From: an uncultured Clostridia bacterium
GTDB lineage: Bacteria > Bacillota > Clostridia > Christensenellales > UBA1242
Direction of reading: 5' to 3'
NCBI GenBank assembly: GCA_947629745.1
Contig: CANREZ010000001.1
Coordinates: forward strand, 125,181 to 189,180
Length of the DNA: 64,000 bases
Part shown: positions 48,603 through 57,348 of the stretch, one piece after another
Layout of the letters: each line of letters opens with the position of its first letter
How positions within the stretch are numbered: the stretch's first letter is position 1
Program-made: the position numbers and the translations under genes
The notes under the pieces: generated by a model
What the model was told of the DNA's origin: nothing
The model's database searches: none
What the model saw: only the letters and a program-made list of their open reading frames with translations

Positions 48603-49513
48603 TGTACGATATCATAATAATTGGTGCAGGGCCTGCGGGACTTACCGCAGGCATTTATGCCCGAAGAGCAGGAAAGAGTGTATTGATACTCGAGGGTGAA
48701 GCCATTGGCGGGCAGATAGCAAAGAGCGCCCGTGTGGTAAATTATCCTTCGTGGAAGGACATATCGGGAGTGGAGTTATCCTCCAATATGTTTGAGCAGG
48801 CGACCGACTTTGGTTGTGAATTTGAGCTAGAGACAGCGACGGGAATCATTAGCGTTGGTGATCACTACGAGGTGCAGTGTGGCAAAGTATCCTTTATGGG
48901 ATACGCGGTAATTATTGCCGTTGGCTGCCAACCTAGGAGACTAAGTATCCCTGACCCTGATAAATATTTAGGTCATGGCCTTGGATACTGCGTGGTGTGC
49001 GATGGAGACTTCTATAGAGGCAAGGTCTGTGCCGTAATTGGTGGGGGCAATAGTGCCTGCCAAGACGCGCTGTATCTTAGCGATATTTGCCCAAAAGTCT
49101 ATCTCATCCAAGACCTTGATAGGTTAACTGCTGAGCAGACAATCTTAGATAATATTAATGCAAAAGATAATATTGAGGTCATTTTGTCTAGCAAGGTCAA
49201 TTCACTTATCGGTGATGGCAAAGTCAGTGCTGTAAATATTTCCTCACAAGAAAAAGAGAGGATAATAGATGTAGACGGAGTATTCGTAGCAATTGGTCAT
49301 GAGCCACATTGTGAGGCGTTTAGCATAGTTGACCAAGAGGCAGGTTACATCCTAGCTGATGAAGATATGAGGACGAGCGTGCCGGGCATATTCGTAGCAG
49401 GGGATTGTAGGAAGAAGAAGGTTCGCCAACTGACGACCGCTACAAATGATGGCACAATTGCCGCTATCAACGCATGCTCCTATGTGGATCAGATAAAAAA
49501 TAGTAATAAATAA
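48602..49513 (+). CDS. trxB: Thioredoxin-disulfide reductase family flavoprotein
   Basis: 303 aa. GAGPAGLTAGIYA FAD motif, redox-active CVVCDG, GGGNSA NAD(P)H motif. The start overlaps the nrdD stop (TAATG). Confidence 0.85.
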   Translation: MYDIIIIGAGPAGLTAGIYARRAGKSVLILEGEAIGGQIAKSARVVNYPSWKDISGVELSSNMFEQATDFGCEFELETATGIISVGDHYEVQCGKVSFMGYAVIIAVGCQPRRLSIPDPDKYLGHGLGYCVVCDGDFYRGKVCAVIGGGNSACQDALYLSDICPKVYLIQDLDRLTAEQTILDNINAKDNIEVILSSKVNSLIGDGKVSAVNISSQEKERIIDVDGVFVAIGHEPHCEAFSIVDQEAGYILADEDMRTSVPGIFVAGDCRKKKVRQLTTATNDGTIAAINACSYVDQIKNSNK

Positions 49514-49680
49514 AATCTTTTATGGAAGAGATAATAAAATCTTATATAGATCAGATAAGAAAAAAATCCTAGATGGATAAAATAAGAAAAATTTTATAAG
49601 GATTATATAAGGAAAAACTTATTTAGACCAAATAAGGGAAAATCCTGTATAGAGCAAATAAAATAACTAAAAGAAATAGA
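49485..49680 (+). repeat. Degenerate tandem repeats (about 25-35 bp units, core TAGAnCAnATAAnnAAAAATC)
   Basis: At least six recognisable units begin inside the last codons of trxB (GGATCAGATAAAAAATAG...) and continue through the intergenic region. Confidence 0.6.
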
Positions 49681-49695
49681 TTTGAGTTCTTCTAA

Positions 49696-49732
49696 CAAAA
49701 AAGAGAAACTACTAGAATAGTTTCTCTTTTTT
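49696..49732. terminator. Bidirectional terminator
   Basis: AGAGAAACT/AGTTTCTCT stem flanked by an A-run and a T-run. Confidence 0.8.
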
Positions 49733-50327
49733 ATTTATCTTTATTTTGTTCTTTTGCTGCAAGACATGAATTCAATTCATTGGTCCAATTTTGCAAAATG
49801 TCAAAGCATATTTCCTTTGGATGTCCACTAAATTGGATGTACTGCCTTGCGAATTTGTACAGATTGTGGATATCCTTCTCGTATTGTTTCTCAGAGTAAT
49901 TTATAATACTATCTGGCAGTTTAGTAAAGAGATTAACTGCCGTGGATATAGCGTTGTAGAGTATGGTATCTCGTCTACATTTATCTATATAGCTATTGCT
50001 CTTCCTTAGTTGCAATTTTGTGCTATTTTGAAGTTCCTTTTGGAATTCTATTAGGTCGTGAATATTGACTATTTGGAAGCATACCGTCTTAAAATAATCA
50101 TCAGTATATTGATTCTTGTGCTTGGACGTATCCATGATATATTCTAGGGTATTAGTGCCGTACTTGTCTTTATCTTTGTCTTTCCCGCGCAGACATTTCC
50201 TTGTGATGAATATTGCCATAGGGATGCATTTTTCCCTTCTATTGTGGTAGAACATTTCCTGAGAGGTAAGAGTCTTATCAATTAACGCGTCTAGCGTGAT
50301 TTGCGATGTGCTTTTGCTACTTGACAT
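49731..50327 (-). CDS. Hypothetical protein
   Basis: 198-aa ORF with a GGAGG RBS. No recognisable motif. Confidence 0.55.
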   Translation of the reverse strand: MSSSKSTSQITLDALIDKTLTSQEMFYHNRREKCIPMAIFITRKCLRGKDKDKDKYGTNTLEYIMDTSKHKNQYTDDYFKTVCFQIVNIHDLIEFQKELQNSTKLQLRKSNSYIDKCRRDTILYNAISTAVNLFTKLPDSIINYSEKQYEKDIHNLYKFARQYIQFSGHPKEICFDILQNWTNELNSCLAAKEQNKDK

Positions 50328-50488
50328 AACTAACCTCCAGTTTAATATATTATATAGTAAAATATTATACTTTTCAATAGTGTTCCTAAAAAATTTTTAA
50401 CTTTTTATAACGAAAACGAGCATTTAATTTGTGCAAAAATTTTCTTGTGGGGCAAATAATATTAGAGATATTTTGATGTATTTAGAAA

Positions 50489-50512
50489 TAAAAAAGACTA
50501 GAGGTCTAGTCT
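50489..50512 (-). terminator. Rho-independent terminator after the holin-like gene
   Basis: AGACTAG/CTAGTCT stem with a T-run on the minus strand. Confidence 0.65.
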
Positions 50513-50543
50513 AGTAGGGTTATGTACATCCTAAGGGTTACCC

Positions 50544-50891
50544 CTAGGATGGATTGCTAGAATCGCCTGTCCCTTCCCCTTTGCTTGAGATATTCACTCG
50601 CTTGGAAAAGTCAATCAATTTTTCAATTGCTTGGGATACTTGAAGTGGCTCAAATTTGTATCCCGCCTCTTTGCAGAATTGTTCTACCCAAGTGAGCACA
50701 GCTTGTTTCTTTTGCTCACCAGTTGCACCCACCATATTTTCCGCTTGGATCATAAATTCGCAAACATTGGCTTTTATAATATTCCAATTTTTGTTCTTGA
50801 TCACTTTTAGGATTGCGGATATAAGTCCTGCAAGAGACACGAGGAGTGAAATGACAAGGGGTAGTAGATCGCTAATATTACTTAATGTCAT
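50544..50891 (-). CDS. Phage holin-like protein (LL-H family pattern)
   Basis: 115 aa. An N-terminal TM helix is followed by a ..AENMVGATGEQKKQAVLTWVEQ..AIEKLI pattern typical of LL-H-type holins. AGGAGGGG RBS. Confidence 0.55.
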   Translation of the reverse strand: MTLSNISDLLPLVISLLVSLAGLISAILKVIKNKNWNIIKANVCEFMIQAENMVGATGEQKKQAVLTWVEQFCKEAGYKFEPLQVSQAIEKLIDFSKRVNISSKGEGTGDSSNPS

Positions 50892-50955
50892 AATTTCCCC
50901 TCCTGCTATATGATATGAGGGAAGTTTTAGATTTGATTATCTTAGGGATTACGTT

Positions 50956-51855
50956 TTAGTCCAGTTTGAAGAACGTGCAATATAGGAGGATGCTAGCACG
51001 CGTGTCGGATGTGATGGAAAAATTTAGGTCACACGCCTGTAGATATCCAGCTTGCTTGCTAAGATTGACAAATTCATATTCGTGGCTTGTGTCAGTCACT
51101 TTGAATAATCCTTGGCCTGTCGAGGTAGAGGCTTGTTTGTCAAAGTTCCACGCATTGGATGCCAACATTACCTCATCCGTTGTAGTATCCCGCAGACCAA
51201 TTGCTACGAAATCCTTGTACGGGGCGACGTTTTCACTCACTTGCACTGTGGGATTCACTGTGAATATTCCATAATACGAGCCTGTATCGTTAAAGGTGAT
51301 GGTGTTAGCTTTCTTGTTTAGCGAGAGCAGCCCGTAGTCATCCATATTTATTTCCATGATAGGCACACGCCCACCGGATAGCACTTCATATCCTAGTACG
51401 TAAAATCCACTAGTTGTGTCATAGTGTGAGGATAGGGATGCAGCCTTTATTCTATATGGTCCAGCTGGACCTGTCTCACCTCTTGGGCCTATTGGACCAG
51501 CTGGCCCTAGGTTACCTGTAGGACCAATTTCTCCTTGTGTGCCAGTTATCCCACGAGGGATGTAAATATCTAGATTGTGTGTGCCGGATATATATTCGTC
51601 TACTATCCTTGCACCCTCATCGGGGCTTGTAGATAACACATTTCGTATATTTATCTTCTCACTAGCACCGGTAGGCCCAGCTTTGCCACTAGGTCCAGTG
51701 GGACCAGTGACACCCATAGGCCCGGTAGCACCAGTAGGGCCTGTAATACCCGTAGGCCCAGTAGGGCCAGGAAGATCCTTTATGGGGTAGACTTTTTCCA
51801 CATAAATTGTGCGAGGGATTACATGATAGTTTTCGTTATTACGCGTTATTCGCAT
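50956..51855 (-). CDS. Collagen-like triple-helix repeat protein with globular C-terminal domain (BclA-like exosporium or phage fibre-like)
   Basis: 299 aa. Two G-X-Y tracts ([34 protein letters not shown] and [32 protein letters not shown]) are followed by a beta-rich C-terminal domain of about 150 aa. Confidence 0.75.
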   Translation of the reverse strand: MRITRNNENYHVIPRTIYVEKVYPIKDLPGPTGPTGITGPTGATGPMGVTGPTGPSGKAGPTGASEKINIRNVLSTSPDEGARIVDEYISGTHNLDIYIPRGITGTQGEIGPTGNLGPAGPIGPRGETGPAGPYRIKAASLSSHYDTTSGFYVLGYEVLSGGRVPIMEINMDDYGLLSLNKKANTITFNDTGSYYGIFTVNPTVQVSENVAPYKDFVAIGLRDTTTDEVMLASNAWNFDKQASTSTGQGLFKVTDTSHEYEFVNLSKQAGYLQACDLNFSITSDTRASILLYCTFFKLD

Positions 51856-51900
51856 ATATCACCTAAATTTATACTATATATGCAACGCTATGCAATATTG

Positions 51901-52365
51901 CTAATAAGACTGTTTATCTTTAATTTTCAGATATTTATCAAATAACTTGTGGCACTCATCGTGATCCACTTGAATTAGCCTAGAAGCCAATTTCTTGGTG
52001 GAAAGGGAGATAGTTTTGTAAAAAATTTCGTCTCTAAAACCAATCACACTATTTTCAGCAACACTGCATCCATAGTATATGTGGTCGATATTTGCCCAGA
52101 GGATTGCACCTAGGCACATTGGGCAAGGTTGCCCTGTGGTGTAGATATCTGCACCTGATAGGTCATAGGTCGATAGATTCTTGCAGGCACTATGTATTGC
52201 CTCTATCTCTCCATGGCAAGTAGGGTCAGCGTTTGCTATCACCATATTGTGACCTCGGCCAATAATTTTGCCATCTTTTACAATCACTGCGCCAAATGGT
52301 CCACCATGACCTGACTTGATGCCAATTTGTGCTTCCTTGATCGCTTCTTTCATAAACTTATTCAT
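51901..52365 (-). CDS. guaD: Guanine deaminase-like CMP/dCMP-type zinc deaminase
   Basis: 154 aa. GGPFGAVIVKDGKIIG, CHGEIEAI and PCPMCLGAI closely mirror B. subtilis GuaD as I recall it. Confidence 0.7.
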   Translation of the reverse strand: MNKFMKEAIKEAQIGIKSGHGGPFGAVIVKDGKIIGRGHNMVIANADPTCHGEIEAIHSACKNLSTYDLSGADIYTTGQPCPMCLGAILWANIDHIYYGCSVAENSVIGFRDEIFYKTISLSTKKLASRLIQVDHDECHKLFDKYLKIKDKQSY

Positions 52366-52377
52366 ATAAAATTCCTT

Positions 52378-52409
52378 TTAAAAAACTCCTTTTTAGTAAG
52401 GAGTTTTTA
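52378..52409 (-). terminator. Rho-independent terminator after the SDR gene remnant
   Basis: ACTCCTT/AAGGAGT stem flanked by an A-run and a T-run. Confidence 0.7.
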
Positions 52410-52410
52410 G

Positions 52411-52545
52411 TTATTTCTTTCTTTTTCTATTCACGGATATATCGCTAATTTCTATATTCTTTGGCACGGCTAGAGTCATGAGTAATACTTCTGCCATATC
52501 CTTTGGGTCAATCCAATCTTTTGGATCAGCATCGGATATCTTCTC
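52411..52545 (-). pseudogene. 3'-terminal remnant of a short-chain dehydrogenase/reductase gene (YdfG-like C-terminus)
   Basis: The 44-codon open frame reads EKISDADPKDWIDPKDMAEVLLMTLAVPKNIEISDISVNRKRKK*. It resembles an SDR C-terminus and retains its terminator. An in-frame stop lies at 52546-52548, and there is no upstream Rossmann part. Confidence 0.45.
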
Positions 52546-52559
52546 CTATTCAGACCCCG

Positions 52560-52612
52560 TAATTAGGAGACTAAATAAGACTTAGCCACCTATGGCGCGT
52601 GGGAGGGATTTG
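52560..52612 (-). repeat. Degenerate direct copy of the tRNA-Ser 3' end plus its downstream flank
   Basis: TAATTAGGAGACTAAATAAGACTTAGCCACCTATGGCGCGTGGGAGGGATTTG aligns with 52766-52830 (TAATTAGGATTCTAAAAACAATTGAGCCACCATATGGCGCTGAGGGAGGGATTTG). Confidence 0.65.
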
Positions 52613-52809
52613 TAAGGAACGAAGTGACGGAATAACGAGCACAGATGTTGCGCGTTAGAATGGGTATACTTAATGCGAGTGTCACTTGTTCGGACCCCGA
52701 CCGAAGCACAATGTTTGGTGGCGAAATACAGCTAGAAGCCTAATTAGGGACAATGTAATTGTCTCTTAATTAGGATTCTAAAAACAATTGAGCCACCATA
52801 TGGCGCTGA

Positions 52810-52897
52810 GGGAGGGATTTGAACCCCCGATACCTTTCGGTATACCGGTTTTCGAGACCAGCACATTCGACCACTCTGACACCTCAGCATGCCCTTA
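52810..52897 (-). tRNA. tRNA-Ser (anticodon CGA)
   Basis: Type II tRNA: GCTGAGG acceptor, anticodon stem-loop CTGGT-CTCGAAA-ACCGG, long variable arm, T-loop TTCAAAT, encoded CCA. Confidence 0.85.
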
Positions 52898-52964
52898 CTT
52901 AGACATTCTAACATAAAAGTTAGCATTTTTACAAGTGTAAATTATCCACAATTAGTACAAAATT

Positions 52965-52993
52965 ATTATAATTTGATAGCCAAAAGTTGTCAA
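52965..52993 (-). promoter_or_regulatory. Consensus sigma-A promoter driving tRNA-Ser
   Basis: On the minus strand: TTGACA-17 nt-TATAAT, about 65 nt upstream of the tRNA 5' end. Confidence 0.65.
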
Positions 52994-53080
52994 ATGGCGG
53001 ACAATATACAAAATGCTATCCAAAACATTTTGAGATATTCAAAAATTAAAGTATCATATTAGTATATTTTAGGAGGAAAT

Positions 53081-53479
53081 ATGGCAGAGGAAGTATTCAC
53101 ATTTGAGGACGGGAATGGCAACAAATTTGATTTTAACCACATTGCTACATTTGATGTGGGGAATGACTGGTATGCAGCGTTCACCCCAGTTGAGGATAAC
53201 GATGTCCTAAAACGCGATGAGGTGATATTCTTTAGAGTAGTAGAGGACAAAGACGGTGGTCAGACACTTGAGGGACTAAAGAATGAAGCTGAGCTAAACC
53301 GTGCATGGAGGGCTTTCCAGAAACTACTCGAGCACGATGAGTGTGAGTGTGAAGAATGCGAACATGAGAAATCTGCTGCGAAGAAAGAAAAGAAAGCAGC
53401 TTCGAGCAAGAGTGCAAAGACAACGAAAAAGGCAGCAAAGCCTGCAGCAAAGCAAACTGCTAAGAAGTCTAGCAAATAG
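53081..53479 (+). CDS. DUF1292-family protein with Cys/Glu-rich linker and Lys/Ala-rich tail
   Basis: 132 aa. The N-terminal core (FTFEDGNGNKFDFNHIATFDVGNDWYAAFTPV ... VIFFRVVED) fits DUF1292. The tail is KKEKKAASSKSAKTTKKAAKPAAKQTAKKSSK. AGGAGG RBS. Confidence 0.7.
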   Translation: MAEEVFTFEDGNGNKFDFNHIATFDVGNDWYAAFTPVEDNDVLKRDEVIFFRVVEDKDGGQTLEGLKNEAELNRAWRAFQKLLEHDECECEECEHEKSAAKKEKKAASSKSAKTTKKAAKPAAKQTAKKSSK

Positions 53480-53504
53480 TAGTTGTGCAAATTTTTATTA
53501 TTCC

Positions 53505-53533
53505 TTGACAGTAAAATGATTTTTTGATACTAT
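53505..53533 (+). promoter_or_regulatory. Sigma-A promoter of the pheST leader
   Basis: TTGACA-17 nt-TACTAT. Confidence 0.7.
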
Positions 53534-53539
53534 CATAGA

Positions 53540-53790
53540 AGTAAAAGCGTAGAAGGTGATATAGTAGCATACGTATTGCGTGTGTAGGGAGTCTTGACCG
53601 TGGACTGAAAGTCAAGGTACATAGCGCGTAATTGTGAATTTCGGCACTGGAGCAGCCATAAGAAATTATGGACGGTTGACGCCCGTTATAGCGTAATGAG
53701 TAGGATAATCCTAGAAATTGGGTGGTACCACGATTTTTTCCAAGTCGTCCCATGGATATGAATGTTTCATTTCCTTTGGACGACTTTTTT
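53540..53790 (+). promoter_or_regulatory. T-box riboswitch leader (Phe specifier) with terminator/antiterminator
   Basis: The conserved T-box sequence AAATTGGGTGGTACCACG lies at 53716-53733. A candidate specifier UUC sits within GAAUUUCGG (about 53637-53645). The terminator AAGTCGTCC..GGACGACTT plus a T-run is at 53742-53790. The leader lies directly upstream of pheS. Confidence 0.85.
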
Positions 53791-53800
53791 TGGAGGACAT

Positions 53801-54823
53801 ATGAATTTAGACGAAATATTACTAGCATTTGATAGAGACCTTGAGAGCATTACTTCAGATGATGAATTGCAAAATTTGAGGAATAACTACCTTGGCAAAT
53901 CCGGGCATCTGACCACAATTATGCGTGTGATGCGCGACCTTGACCCAAAAGAGCGACCAATCTTTGGCCAAAAGGTGAATGCTGCAAAGCAAAAGATTGA
54001 GCAAGCACTAGGTAGCATGCGTGAAAAATTGGAGGCAAGGAAGATAGAGCGTGCGCTAAAGGGCACCAAATCCATCGACCTATCCACACCGCTTAGGGAA
54101 GAGACTGGGTCACTACATCCTATCACCATTATTGAGCAAAAGATTATAGAGATATTCAAGTCTATGGGCTTTAGCATCGAGGATGGCAATGAGGTGGAGA
54201 CAGAATACAACAACTTTGAGGCCGTGAACGTGCCAAAGGATCACCCAGCACGCGATATGCAGGATACTTTCTTCCTAGATAACGGCGAATTACTTAAGAC
54301 TCACACATCGGCTTCCCAAAATAGAATCATGAGGAAATACGGCGCGCCATGCAAAGTGATATTCCCAGGGCGATGCTTTAGGAACGAAGATGTGGACGCA
54401 TCGCACGACAACACGTTCTTCCAAGTGGAAGGCATGATGATAAATGAGAATGTGTCGATATCCAATCTAATATATTTCATGAAAGAAATGTTGTCCAAAG
54501 TGTTTGGCAAAGACGTTGATGTGAGATTGAGACCGGGATTCTTCCCATTCGTTGAGCCGGGATTCGAACTCGATTGCAAATGCCCATACTGTGATGGCAA
54601 GGGTTGCAATGTGTGCAAGTCGACCGGTTGGATCGAGCTATGCCCATGTGGGATGATTCATCCAAAAGTATTAGAGATGGGTGGCATTGACACCGAGAAA
54701 TATCAAGGGTTCGCGTTTGGACTAGGGTTATCAAGGCTTGTCATGATGGTGTACGACATAGATGACATCAGGAAACTCAATAGTTCGGACCTAAAAATAT
54801 TAAAAGATTTCAAGATAAAGTAG
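53801..54823 (+). CDS. pheS: Phenylalanine--tRNA ligase alpha subunit
   Basis: 340 aa from ATG 53801 (GGAGG RBS after the T-box terminator). Class II motifs include FRNEDVDASH and GFAFGLGLSRL. Confidence 0.95.
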   Translation: MNLDEILLAFDRDLESITSDDELQNLRNNYLGKSGHLTTIMRVMRDLDPKERPIFGQKVNAAKQKIEQALGSMREKLEARKIERALKGTKSIDLSTPLREETGSLHPITIIEQKIIEIFKSMGFSIEDGNEVETEYNNFEAVNVPKDHPARDMQDTFFLDNGELLKTHTSASQNRIMRKYGAPCKVIFPGRCFRNEDVDASHDNTFFQVEGMMINENVSISNLIYFMKEMLSKVFGKDVDVRLRPGFFPFVEPGFELDCKCPYCDGKGCNVCKSTGWIELCPCGMIHPKVLEMGGIDTEKYQGFAFGLGLSRLVMMVYDIDDIRKLNSSDLKILKDFKIK

Positions 54824-54831
54824 GTGATAGC

Positions 54832-57195
54832 ATGTATATTTCATTAAATTGGATAAAAGACTTCGTCGACCTCGAGGGACTTGACGAGAAATATCTAGTG
54901 GACAAATTCACTATGTCCTGTGCTGAAGTCGATGGATACGAGATAAAAGGACAAAACTTGTCAGGAGTTGTGGTAGGCAAGATCTTAAGTGTAGACGCAC
55001 ATCCAAATAGTAAGAAACTGCATCTATTAAAAGTAGATGTGGGTAGCGAGATACTAGATATAGTCTGCGGCGCACCAAATGTGCGAGTAGGACTAAGAGT
55101 GCCTGTGGCAAAAGACGGTGCGAATGTCTGTGGGGTGAAAATTACTCCTGCAGTAGTCGGAGGATACAAGAGCTATGGAATGTGCTGCAGTGCACACGAA
55201 TTAGGTATTAGCGACGATAATAGCGGACTGATGGAACTTGATGACAATTTCCCTATAGGTGCTGACATAAAGAGTGTGCTACCTATCGACGACTGTATAC
55301 TAGAGGTGGATAATACTGCACTCACCAATAGACCGGATCTATGGGGACATTATGGTATAGCAAGGGAATTCGCAGCGATCACCGGTCGCCCACTAAAGAA
55401 ATTAATAGTGGATGATATAGATAGATACGACAAATTAGATAATGTGGATATCAGCATTGAGAGCAAGAAGTGCTTGCGTTACTGCGGCATGAAGATTGCC
55501 GGAGTCACTAAGACTACTAGCCCATACGCTATGCAGATTAGATTGTACTACACTGGGATGCGAGCAATCAATCTACTCACTGACCTCACCAATTATATAA
55601 TGCTCGAGGTGGGCCAACCAATGCACGCATTCGATGGGTCAAAGGTAAGTAAAATTGTAGTAAAGGAACTAGGTAGTGATACCAAGTTTAAGACTCTTGA
55701 TGGGCAGGAAAGAACACTTGCCCGCGGCACACTTGTGATAGACAATGGACTAAATCCTGTAGCAGTTGCAGGTGTCATGGGAGGACTAGACTCCGAGATA
55801 GAGGATAGCACGGGAGAATTGCTACTAGAGAGTGCAAACTTTGATGCAACCACTATCAGGCGTAGTGCAAAGGCTCTTGGGATGCGCACTGAGGCAAGCA
55901 ATAGATATGAAAAGAAACTAGATCCAGAGCTATGTGATACAGCTATTGCTAGATACCTATATCTATTAAAGTCTATAGATAGCGATGTCAAGGTTATTAG
56001 CAAATGCACAGATGTTTATGTCACAAAGTATCCAAATATTGTCATAAAAGTTGATAAAAAGTTTATTGATAAATATATTGGCAAGTCACTGCCGATGGAT
56101 AAAATAATAGGGATACTCGAGTCACTGCATTTTGGCGTACTTCGCATAGGTGACACACTTGAGGTCCATGTGCCAAGCTATAGGGCAACGAAGGATATTA
56201 CCTGCAAGGCCGATATCGTGGAGGAGATAACTAGGATATATGGTTATGATAATTTCGCACCACTATCCAGTAACTGGACTTTAGCACCTGTGACACAGAG
56301 CGTGAATGTAGCACTGGATTATGATGTGAAACTCGCCCTTGCTACGCGATACAACCTACACGAAGTGGGTACAAGGATCTGGGAAGACCAGGAGAAAATG
56401 CGTGAGATTGGCATCACTTCATCTGGATATCTGAGGGTGATCAATAGTATAAATGGTGAGAACAATTTCATCCGTAATTCCATGATTCCGACTCTCCTTA
56501 GTGTGGCAAAACAAAATGAGGACATGAGGGATTTTGGAATATTCGAGATAGGCCATGTAGTCTCCTCACTAGATAAAGATAACTTAGCAGTGGAGGAGAA
56601 ACACTTAGGCATTGCCTTAGTGTCCAGCAAGGATTACTCCGAGGTCATCTTGCGTGCAAAAGACATACTTAATTACTTGTCCGAATATGTGCTGTGTAGG
56701 ACAATTAGCCTCCGTGCAGCAACTCCAGTTAGCGAATATATGCATCCGGTGAATTACTATGAGATAATGAGCGGAGAGTCCGTAATTGGCAGGATTGGTC
56801 TAATCCATCCTAATATCATGTCACACTTTGAGGGCAAACTAAATATTGCTGTAGTGGAACTCAATATGACCGAGATATACAATTTAGAAGAATCAGAAGT
56901 AAAACCCGATGACATGGGTAGATTCCCTGTGACAACCTTGGACTTCAACCTAGTGCTTCCTGCTGGCAGATATTATAGCGAGATAGAGGATGTGGCAAAT
57001 AATATAGCCTCTCCACTAAAATTCAAGTACACGCTCGTTGATGTCTACGATAATGCCGGGGATGACACCAAGAGTTACACTATTAGGTTCCAGGTAACGA
57101 GTCTCGACCACACGCTAAATTCTAGCGAGATTGAGACTTTCCACAAACAAGTGATTGAGGAATTTTCTAAAGCAAATATTAACTTAAAAGCCTAA
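54832..57195 (+). CDS. pheT: Phenylalanine--tRNA ligase beta subunit
   Basis: 787 aa. N-terminal tRNA-binding domain (MYISLNWIKDFV..VVGKILSVDAHPNSKKLHLLKVD), B3/4, B5 and FDX-ACB-like C-terminal domains. Confidence 0.95.
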   Translation: MYISLNWIKDFVDLEGLDEKYLVDKFTMSCAEVDGYEIKGQNLSGVVVGKILSVDAHPNSKKLHLLKVDVGSEILDIVCGAPNVRVGLRVPVAKDGANVCGVKITPAVVGGYKSYGMCCSAHELGISDDNSGLMELDDNFPIGADIKSVLPIDDCILEVDNTALTNRPDLWGHYGIAREFAAITGRPLKKLIVDDIDRYDKLDNVDISIESKKCLRYCGMKIAGVTKTTSPYAMQIRLYYTGMRAINLLTDLTNYIMLEVGQPMHAFDGSKVSKIVVKELGSDTKFKTLDGQERTLARGTLVIDNGLNPVAVAGVMGGLDSEIEDSTGELLLESANFDATTIRRSAKALGMRTEASNRYEKKLDPELCDTAIARYLYLLKSIDSDVKVISKCTDVYVTKYPNIVIKVDKKFIDKYIGKSLPMDKIIGILESLHFGVLRIGDTLEVHVPSYRATKDITCKADIVEEITRIYGYDNFAPLSSNWTLAPVTQSVNVALDYDVKLALATRYNLHEVGTRIWEDQEKMREIGITSSGYLRVINSINGENNFIRNSMIPTLLSVAKQNEDMRDFGIFEIGHVVSSLDKDNLAVEEKHLGIALVSSKDYSEVILRAKDILNYLSEYVLCRTISLRAATPVSEYMHPVNYYEIMSGESVIGRIGLIHPNIMSHFEGKLNIAVVELNMTEIYNLEESEVKPDDMGRFPVTTLDFNLVLPAGRYYSEIEDVANNIASPLKFKYTLVDVYDNAGDDTKSYTIRFQVTSLDHTLNSSEIETFHKQVIEEFSKANINLKA

Positions 57196-57348
57196 ATATA
57201 GGCGTCTAGAACTATTCGTATTCCATCATAAAACATGATAATATTTTGTGTTAATTTAGATAAATAGTTAGTGTCAATACGAATAACTAGAATGAATATA
57301 AAATGCTTAAAATTCAAGCGCTTAGGATGAATAAAAAGAACTAAAATT

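Noticed and set aside
49485-49680. Considered a CRISPR array for the tandem repeats after trxB
   Set aside because: The units are degenerate, AT-rich and contiguous, without unique spacers of regular length. There are no cas genes.
52546-52809. Considered tmRNA, SRP RNA or a second tRNA in the gap downstream of tRNA-Ser
   Set aside because: The tRNA-like piece has a degenerate T-loop (TTACAAAT) and no matching 5' acceptor strand. I could not find a tmRNA tag-reading frame or an SRP domain IV motif. It is better explained as a decayed duplication.
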